A stretch of 11,263 nucleotides of DNA from Azolla caroliniana (taxonomy: Eukaryota; Plantae; Polypodiophyta). Under the pieces are notes generated by a model. That model saw only the letters and a list, made by a program, of their open reading frames with translations. It had not been told where the DNA came from and ran no database searches. Location of the stretch: positions 1 to 11,263 of the forward strand of contig JBHGNT010001174.1 in assembly GCA_043228905.1 (NCBI GenBank), in the 5' to 3' direction. Positions 1 through 6,669 of the stretch are shown here, piece after piece. Numbering within the stretch: the stretch's first letter is position 1; each line of letters starts with the position of its first letter. A program made the translations under genes and the position numbers.

Positions 1-63
1 ATCATCGATGATAACTGTGAAAGTTACAAAGTCAAGGTCGCTCTGATTCTGAGTGGCGGCCAT
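1..63 (-). CDS. Probable 5' end of a gene running off the left edge; PfkB/ribokinase-family carbohydrate kinase-like N-terminus (tentative)
   Basis: Manual translation from ATG at 63 gives MAATQNQSDLDFVTFTVIIDD, open to the window edge, in a good plant start context (ccccATGGCC). DFVTFTVIIDD resembles, from memory, the first beta-strand/'IIDD' segment of PfkB-like kinases. Only 21 codons are visible. Confidence 0.45.
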   Translation of the reverse strand, partial: MAATQNQSDLDFVTFTVIIDD

Positions 64-78
64 GGGGTCTGTCTGACA

Positions 79-110
79 CAGAAGCTCTGTTCCTCAGAAG
101 CTCTGTTCCT
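79..110. repeat. Perfect 16-bp tandem duplication (CAGAAGCTCTGTTCCT)x2
   Basis: Identical copies at 79-94 and 95-110, in the putative 5' leader of the minus-strand gene starting at 63. Confidence 0.95.
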
Positions 111-276
111 CTCTGTCTGAATATGTCTCTGTTTCCTTCAGGAGGTAAACCTTTACATATCTTGGCTTTGTGGGGTTTCTTGGCATATACATACATACAT
201 ACTCAAATGCGACCAAATGAACGAATCAGAAGCCAGAATTCAAACAGACAATGGAAACATGGAAGAATTTGTAGGT

Positions 277-295
277 CTTGGGTTCAAATCCTGAG
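277..295 (+). other. tRNA T-arm/Pol III B-box-like remnant (possible tRNA-derived SINE fragment)
   Basis: GGTTCAAATCC at 281-291 matches the B-box consensus GGTTCRANNCC. It is preceded by AGGTC and folds as a T-arm (277-282 with 290-295, two G-U pairs, loop TTCAAAT). No A-box or cloverleaf is seen. Confidence 0.4.
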
Positions 296-440
296 CTCCA
301 TCTATCATCTCTGATCACACCATACATGCATCACAATGTCATGGACCTCTCTCTCATCCAATTCATGTTAAGAGAATAGATTTAGTGAACATACATTGGA
401 GAGTCCCATCTTCCATTGGCAAGGAAGGACACACAATACA

Positions 441-485
441 TGATCGTGCAAAGATGGATATGATTGTACAAAGAAGGATGTGATC
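441..485. repeat. Imperfect 20-bp tandem repeat (about 2.2 copies)
   Basis: TGATCGTGCAAAGATGGATA (441-460) and TGATTGTACAAAGAAGGATG (461-480) match at 16/20 positions, followed by TGATC. Confidence 0.75.
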
Positions 486-785
486 CAACTCCGCCAACAC
501 GCTATATCTCATTATAGGGAACCAAGCTAACTATATGTTAAGAACAATCATGTTGGGCTTGCTAAAGTCATTTACCTTAGAGAATGGGCACTCGGACATG
601 AGTCACTAACATGTGTGACTGAGTTTCATTGCCTAGATCTAGATTAATATAATATTTATTAGATGCAAGGGTTTTCAGTCATCCCTACATCAAATGAGTA
701 TTATGGCTGGTTGAAATCATACTGTTCTCGTTAAAGTTTGCATATTCCAAAGAACACATCGAAGTGGGTTATAAAATGAATGTAT

Positions 786-922
786 GTTTTGTGAACGAAT
801 GAGCTTGATTCACCATATTTACTATACAAATAAAAGAATTTTCTGAGATAGTTATGGAGAAGCAACAATTGCCTAGTTTTGTGAACGAATGGGTTTGATT
901 CACCATAATATTACACAAATAA
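786..922. repeat. Direct repeat of about 47 bp at a 90-bp spacing
   Basis: GTTTTGTGAACGAATGAGCTTGATTCACCATATTTACTATACAAATAA (786-833) versus GTTTTGTGAACGAATGGGTTTGATTCACCATAATATTACACAAATAA (876-922). Confidence 0.9.
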
Positions 923-1169
923 GTCTCGTGCAATCGCCTACCTTGCTAAATCCCAACGATTATGGTGTATCAAATTTCAATCCCATAGTCGTTTCAAATA
1001 TGGCATTGAGATACATATGACTATCACGATTATTTACTTTTAACTTGTAAGTTGTCATCATTTGATACATACAGGAAGATTGATAGGCTCAGAAAATTAT
1101 TTAGCTTGCAATTTATAATTAGAGAATTTGTACAAAGCATGTCATGAGCTTTAATGAATAAATTTATCA

Positions 1170-3416
1170 TTACAAATAGACTTCTAAATCCTTGTATGCC
1201 ACTTTCTGTGGCACCATTGCCTCTACCATATTTGCATCTTCTGGCATACCAGCATCTATATATATGTTAGCCATACAAACATAAGCCGAGGCATCCATCT
1301 CATCCAATTGCACAACATGTTGAAACACGCCCCTAGCCAAATGCAAATTACCCCACTTTCTACATGCACCAAGCACAGTGAGCCACATCACAATGTTGGG
1401 TGAAAATGGTGCCTTTTGTGCTAATTCTACTGCCCTATCAAGTTGGCCAGCACGTGCAAGTATATCAACCATACAAGTATGGTGATCAAGGATTGGAGTG
1501 ACACCATATTCTTCACTCATTACATCAAACAATATGTGGGCTTGTTCTACAAATCCTGCATTATCACATGCTACAAGAATACTGAGGAATGTGACACTGT
1601 TTGGTTTGTAGCCTTCTCCTACCATTTTGCCAAAAGTTAAAATAGCTTCCTTAACTTCTCCAAGTTGGGCATACCCTGTTATAAGTGCAGTCCAAGTGAT
1701 CATATCATGAACAGAAATGCTGTCAAACACCTCTTGAGCTTTTGCAAGCATGCCACATTTGGCATACATATCAACCAATGCATTCCCAAGATTCTTCTCC
1801 ATATGTAGCAGTAGCTCCTCCTTTATAATCTCATTGTGGATTTCTATGCCCTTATCTCGGGCACCGATGCTTCCACAAGCTTTCAAGATGCATGTATAAG
1901 TGACTGCATCAGGCAAAATTCCGTTACATTTCATCTCTAAAAAACATTTGATTGCTTCTTCACAACAATTGTGTTGCACAAATCCACTTATTAATGCTGT
2001 CCATGCAACCGCATCTTGTATAGGAAGTGTTCTGAAAACTTCTTGTGCTTTTGCAAGTGACCCACATTTGGCATATGTAGCAACTAAGGTGCTACCAAGA
2101 ATGGGGTCTCTTTTCAGCAATCCTTTTGTTTTAACCTCTTGATGTAGTTCCCTAACCTTTTCTATATCTCTCATTGTGCCACAAGCTTTCAAACATCCTG
2201 TAAACGTTATGGCATTGGGAGAGATACTCTCTACTTTCATTTTCTCTAAGCAATAGAGTGCTTCCTCACCACATTCATGCTCACTGTAACCTGTAATTAA
2301 TGCATTCCATGAGACTACATCATGTTGTGGAAGTTTATCAAACACGTCCCTTGCTTTCGATAGCATACCACATTTCACATACATATCCACCAATGCGTTT
2401 CCTACAATTTGGTTACTTTTCAGCAGCCCTTGTATGCCCTCAATGCAAGCATGCATTTCTTTATTGAAAGTCACATCCTTTATGTTTCCACAAGCTTTCA
2501 AGATACATGAAAAGGTAAGGGCATTTGGAAAGATACCCGATTGTTGCATATGCCTGAAACACTCCACTGCTTCTTGATTATAGTCATGTCGAGCATATCC
2601 CGCAATCAAAGAAGTCCATGTCACTACATCCCGGTTCGGATGCATATCAAACACTTCTTGTGCTTCCAAAAGGAAACCACATTTCACATACATATCAATC
2701 AATGTGTTTCCAATATACAGGTTTGTTTGCAGCAATCCCTTTTTATAAATATCATTCCTGATTTGATGAGCTTCTTGGAAATCTCTAAGTTTAATGCAAG
2801 CCCTGAGCAAGGCAACAAAGGTATACCCACTTGGATCTAACAACTCATCTTGCCTCATTTGCCCATACAATTGGAGGGCATGTCTACACATTCCATATTT
2901 GATGTAACCCATTATGAGGGAATTCCAAGAATGTTCAGTTCTTCTTCTTTTTTGACAAGAAAAAGAAGAGAACAATCTATCAAAAACCTTTCGCGCATTG
3001 CAAAGATCTCCAATTTCCACAAGCATAGAGACAACATAGTCACCCAAGGATTCATGAGCATCCAATTCATGCTTGTGAAGATAAGCGAACAAACGACGGA
3101 TATAGGCTTCATTCCTTGTCTTCGAAAACCTCGAGACAATGTAAACAAAGGTTTCAAAGGAAGGCTGAGGAAGCAAGCCTTGCTCGAGGGAGACAAGCAT
3201 GTCCTCAAAATGGAGAGTTCTCCACGGGCAAGCATGTGTTCTGACACTTGAGCCCCCATAGATTTGTATGACCTTATTACTATTGTCTCTGGTGTGGCTG
3301 GTGTTGTCTCCCTGAACCTGTGAATGGTATTCAATCAGCTTCTTAACGTTGAGATAGAGCTTTTGTAGTCTTTTGATGCTCCCACCTGCAGCAGCAAAAA
3401 CAACAACTATGCACAT
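1170..3416 (-). CDS. PLS-class pentatricopeptide repeat protein, E subgroup (putative organellar RNA-editing specificity factor)
   Basis: Uninterrupted 748-aa ORF. Manual parsing gives L-S-(P-L-S)x4-P2-L2-S2 (aa 87-674, e.g. VVSWNALITGY, TFSCILKACG, GNALVDMYAKCG), then E1 (IVMWLTVLGACRKWGN) and E2 (SAYVCMANIY) at 1394->1170. There is no PG box or DYW deaminase. The true start is uncertain (possible intron upstream of 3385; next Met at 3200). Confidence 0.96.
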   Translation of the reverse strand: MCIVVVFAAAGGSIKRLQKLYLNVKKLIEYHSQVQGDNTSHTRDNSNKVIQIYGGSSVRTHACPWRTLHFEDMLVSLEQGLLPQPSFETFVYIVSRFSKTRNEAYIRRLFAYLHKHELDAHESLGDYVVSMLVEIGDLCNARKVFDRLFSSFSCQKRRRTEHSWNSLIMGYIKYGMCRHALQLYGQMRQDELLDPSGYTFVALLRACIKLRDFQEAHQIRNDIYKKGLLQTNLYIGNTLIDMYVKCGFLLEAQEVFDMHPNRDVVTWTSLIAGYARHDYNQEAVECFRHMQQSGIFPNALTFSCILKACGNIKDVTFNKEMHACIEGIQGLLKSNQIVGNALVDMYVKCGMLSKARDVFDKLPQHDVVSWNALITGYSEHECGEEALYCLEKMKVESISPNAITFTGCLKACGTMRDIEKVRELHQEVKTKGLLKRDPILGSTLVATYAKCGSLAKAQEVFRTLPIQDAVAWTALISGFVQHNCCEEAIKCFLEMKCNGILPDAVTYTCILKACGSIGARDKGIEIHNEIIKEELLLHMEKNLGNALVDMYAKCGMLAKAQEVFDSISVHDMITWTALITGYAQLGEVKEAILTFGKMVGEGYKPNSVTFLSILVACDNAGFVEQAHILFDVMSEEYGVTPILDHHTCMVDILARAGQLDRAVELAQKAPFSPNIVMWLTVLGACRKWGNLHLARGVFQHVVQLDEMDASAYVCMANIYIDAGMPEDANMVEAMVPQKVAYKDLEVYL
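3386..3407 (-). other. Candidate 3' splice acceptor at the 5' end of the PPR coding exon
   Basis: The minus strand reads GTTGTTGTTTTTGCTGCTGCAG|GTGGGAG, a U-rich tract plus the plant consensus TGCAG|G, with TTTAAC about 45-50 nt upstream as a possible branch site. Confidence 0.55.
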
Positions 3417-3814
3417 GCTCTGTTTTTCTATGTTAAATGTCTTTTAGAGCCCTCTCTAACAGTCATTCATCATGTGTAAGAAGAGTGACAAAAAACAAGG
3501 GACAAGGATATGTCGTGTGTGTCGCGCGCCATAGCTCCCCCGACCAAATGCCCAATGTCTCATGTCCATGCCGCCCAACTTCTTCTCTTCTCGTCACCAC
3601 GTTTAGAACACCCACATCATCAAATGTGGTCATCACGTGAGTATAATGGACAATGTGTGGGTCGTTCGTTCCCGAGTCGCAAAGAGTGGATCTCAAAAGA
3701 ATACAAGGGTTGTTTGCACCATTCTATCAACACGAATTCGTCCGTGTTCTTTATTGCACGAGTTCGAGGATCCTAACAAAGCTCCAACCTCACACTTGCA
3801 AATGTCATGGACAT

Positions 3815-4486
3815 TGTTATCGGCTTAGCCTTGTGAACCAATTCTATAAGTAATTTTAATGGGTTGAGGCTAGGATAGTGAGGAAATCGGTTATCCTAGG
3901 AATTGGGACAATCTTGTAAGGACCTATGACATGTGGGAACATGTGGTGATCTAGGAGCATTAGGTGTTGAGTGATATAAAGGGGACTAGCTACCCCTTCA
4001 TTATGACATCTTGAGATGTTGTCAAGACTATATTGTTGGCGTTAAGCTCGCTTCTTCTGATTCATTATTTCAATGTTCAGCCAAGGTATAAAATTAGGTA
4101 ATGCTTGGTAGCATGGGACATCAATGGTATTTATGATTGTGTCATTTCCTTTGCTCGGGGGTGATCAACGCGGTTAAACACACTCAATCTATTCTTTTCT
4201 GTAATAGATATGAACTAGTGAATATTATTAATTTTGTGGTTTATTTTTATCCTTCTCCCTTGATAAAAACTATCCCATTGGTATGCATCAGGTTTAATGT
4301 CAACTCTTCTTATGGTTCTGTTTTGAAAACCAACTTTAACAATATGACGTTGTGCCACTCAACCAAAACCAACTTGACTTCATCACTCACAAACTACCAA
4401 ACCTATGTTGGTAATTATGATATATACATTGAAGGATGATATTTAAACTCACCTCTCGTCATTTAGACATTCGAATTCATATAACA
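3815..4486 (+). repeat. Candidate 5' LTR of the gypsy element (672 bp)
   Basis: Bounded by the perfect 6-bp inverted termini TGTTAT (3815) and ATAACA (4481-4486), with an internal TATA-like TATAAAGGGG at 3975-3984, about 400 bp upstream of gag. No second LTR is in the window to confirm it. Confidence 0.55.
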
Positions 4487-4884
4487 TCGTGAGTCGTACA
4501 TACAATTCGTATTCACAATGTGTTTTCAAACTTATGTTGCTTAGGTTAAGTCTTATTCATTAATGTATTTTCATTATGAGAGTGAGGTTAAGAAGATGGC
4601 TTAGGTTTATTTTAACTATAATTTTCTCTATTCTAATCCAATTTATAATAATCTTTTTGTAAAATTTACTCGATGGGGTAAACCCATGAAAAGTTTCATT
4701 GTGTTTTTATGCTCAATGAGCGTAACCTGTTGATGAGGTCATGTTATTTGACGCAATCATTCATATGGGTTGTGGAATAATGCATTTGCTCCATATTTGT
4801 TGTGCCAATGATGAAAGAGTTTTGTAATAGAAACATTATAGTTTAACTTTATGGATTGTTCACCTTCCCCTCCCTAAGCGCATC

Positions 4885-5530
4885 ATGTCAAACTCCATCG
4901 ACAACGTCTAGTTCAAACATCAACATCTTCTATGCAAGACTTTGATGCTTTCCTTGCAGATGTTGAAACATTTGAGGCTTCAATTGACATTGAACGGCCC
5001 TTACATGCTCTATATTCATTACATCAACAAATGTATGTGGTCATTGTTTATACTTCTGAGTTTCGACAACATGCATGTGATATTCATTGGGATAGCGAAG
5101 CTTTTGTGACCATTCTATTGGGGCCTCTAAACTGAAATCAAGAATTTGTTGTTAAACTTCTTGAAACCCAAACACTTGTTACAAGCAATTTCTCATGCAG
5201 TTTGCTATGAAAATCAACTTTTTGAACTTAGCCAAGAAGACCACAAACAAGGGTCTCGATCTTTCTAACGATATAGAGCATTGATATTAGCCTCACTCAC
5301 ATTGTTGAGTTCATTGTCATCTGAGGTAAGCAATACAGACATATTGACGGAGGTCGACCAAGCTCAATTCAAGTTTGTTAGAGACGCACAATGTCAATAT
5401 TGACGAGAAAATGGCATATGCCTCTATTTTGGTGAAGTACTCAATGAAGGGTCCCATATGACAAATCTACCAAGCAAACACAATTCAAAGCTCCCACCAA
5501 CAGGAAAACAACAATGTCTAACTACAATAG
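4885..5530 (+). pseudogene. gag: Retrotransposon gag pseudogene (Retrotrans_gag-type domain plus CCHC knuckle remnant)
   Basis: Reads DFDAFL...YTSEFRQHACDIHWDSEA, then after a frameshift FYWGL*TEIKNLLL...QAISHAVCYENQLFE, later EVDQAQFK...*RENGICLYFGE (decayed RRxxGLCLYCG knuckle), ending QENNNV*LQ* at 5530. The N-terminal capsid part appears deleted. Confidence 0.85.
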
Positions 5531-5565
5531 GAGCCATGGAACCAAACAATTATTGGTATCCACCT

Positions 5566-6008
5566 TGCTAAGAATTAGGTAATTAACTACGGGTTAATTA
5601 GTACCTAATTATGTGGTTAAGCTAAATGGAAGATTAAGTGATATATGTGTGTATGTGTGCGAGAGGAAGAGAGAGAGGAAGTTAACACTTATGAACAACA
5701 CAAGATGGGGGATGATTAACTCTATATTAAATTAGCATCATCATCATCATCAAATACAAAAATACCCACAACGAGGTATATATACAACTCATGTGCAAAG
5801 GTGCACATGTGTGAGTAGAATATAGGTACTAAGGTGTAAGTCCTATATTAAATGTACTTAGGAGTGGAGGATCTAGAATATCCCACTTAAGTACAAGGTC
5901 CTATTTAAGGCGTTATAGTCAACACTTCTAACTAGATTCTATCTAGGTAACTACAAAGTTACATGGTTGACTAACTAACTAAACTAAGTTGAGCTTGATC
6001 TCTCAACA
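5566..6008 (-). mobile_element. Solo LTR (443 bp, probably Ty1/copia-type) with 5-bp target-site duplication
   Basis: TG...CA termini forming an imperfect inverted repeat (TGCTAAGA at 5566, TCTCAACA ending at 6008), flanked by identical CACCT at 5561-5565 and 6009-6013. On the minus strand a TATATATA box (about 5777-5784) precedes a CT-rich tract (about 5661-5680), suggesting minus orientation. Contains (CAT)5 at 5736-5750. Confidence 0.88.
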
Positions 6009-6013
6009 CACCT

Positions 6014-6093
6014 TTATTGTGCTCCTAACATTCGTCTATATCCCCTAAAGTTTTATCTCGATAAATTCACTAGCTTTACTAGATTCAAGAGCA
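6014..6093 (+). pseudogene. Retroviral-type aspartic protease N-terminal remnant of the gypsy pol
   Basis: GCT TTA CTA GAT TCA AGA GCA (6073-6093) encodes ALLDSRA, one G->A change from the catalytic ALLDSGA. It lies where expected, just after gag, once the solo LTR is removed. Confidence 0.75.
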
Positions 6094-6469
6094 AAAACTT
6101 TATTGAGAGACACATAGGCCGGAGGCCTCACTACAAAATTGTCCAATATTACATAAGACCGTAGTCAATCTTTGTAGGTAAAGGGTTTATCTTAAGATTT
6201 AAGAGAAAGAGTAGCAGCAACATAGCGGCGCACCAGTCCCTGGCGGAGGTCTGCGGTGTGGGCGTCTCACTAGGAGACCCGCCCGGCACAACAGAGCAGT
6301 GGCGCAGGAGGTTTGGCCCGCGCCGATAGGCAGCGGAAACGGAGCTAGAGCAGGAGCTGAAGCAATGGAAACGTGAGGGTCCAGAAGCCTCCCACTGCCC
6401 ATTGACCTAGACGCCTCTCCTCCCCGCCGTTGCTGCATCGCCCTCCTCCGGTTCGTGAGGAGGCCATCA

Positions 6470-6479
6470 TTTAGGGTTT
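6470..6479. promoter_or_regulatory. Telo-box-like motif (TTTAGGGTTT / AAACCCTAAA) within a CpG-rich island
   Basis: Exact AAACCCTA on the minus strand, inside the GC/CpG-rich stretch at about 6225-6560. Function is not demonstrated. Confidence 0.35.
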
Positions 6480-6500
6480 CCTCTCACCCCTCCCCCCACT

Positions 6501-6558
6501 GTTCGAGGAGTGTAGTTCGAGGAGTGAAACCCCCCCACTCCCCATTGTTCGAGGAGTG
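6501..6558. repeat. Three exact copies of the 12-mer GTTCGAGGAGTG
   Basis: Copies at 6501-6512, 6515-6526 and 6547-6558; copies 1 and 3 are preceded by CCCCA(C/T)T. Confidence 0.95.
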
Positions 6559-6561
6559 CCA

Positions 6562-6648
6562 CCCCCCCCCCCCCCCCTCAGAAAGAAAAAAAAAAAAAGG
6601 AAAAAAGAGGAAAAAGAAGAAGAAGAAGAAGAAGAAGAGAGAAAGAGA
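6562..6648. repeat. C16 homopolymer followed by a 69-nt pure purine tract including (GAA)7
   Basis: C at 6562-6577; only A/G from 6580 to 6648; (GAA)7 at 6616-6636. Confidence 0.97.
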
Positions 6649-6669
6649 CGCAGTTCGACTTTATCACTA

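Larger units (their letters stand above)
3815..6093 (+). mobile_element. Degenerate Ty3/gypsy LTR retrotransposon, 5' part (PEG10/RTL1-like gag; Tcn1-like chromovirus by inference)
   Basis: Order on the + strand is candidate LTR, AT-rich leader, decayed gag with zinc-knuckle remnant, then the aspartic-protease motif. It is interrupted by a solo LTR and truncated at about 6093. No RT or integrase is visible, so the superfamily call rests on gag/protease resemblance. Confidence 0.8.

Noticed and set aside
123-314. 63-aa plus-strand ORF
   Set aside because: No recognisable motif; it crosses an (ATAC)4 microsatellite and the B-box remnant and is probably a chance ORF.
335-346. 12-mer AATGTCATGGAC shared with 3801-3812, as a possible TSD around a mobilised PPR gene
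   Set aside because: A few 12-bp matches are expected by chance in 11 kb, and there is no poly(A) tail or terminal repeat at either copy.
1443-3334. Short ORFs overlapping the PPR gene (1443, 1900, 2541, 2850, 2912)
   Set aside because: Antisense or alternative-frame shadows of the PPR coding sequence.
3437-4439. Cluster of 63-100 aa ORFs
   Set aside because: Mutually overlapping, no known motifs, and partly inside the candidate LTR.
5554-5560. TGGTATC resembling a tRNA-Met primer-binding site beside the solo LTR
   Set aside because: It lies outside the TSD, is in the wrong position and orientation for this LTR, and lacks the AGAGC continuation.
6293-6360. A-box-like TGGCGCAGGAGG suggesting a tRNA or tRNA-derived SINE
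   Set aside because: No B-box at the proper distance and no cloverleaf.
6501-6558. Spaced 12-bp repeats as a CRISPR-like array
   Set aside because: Repeats are too short, spacers are irregular (2 and 20 bp), the context is eukaryotic and there are no cas genes.
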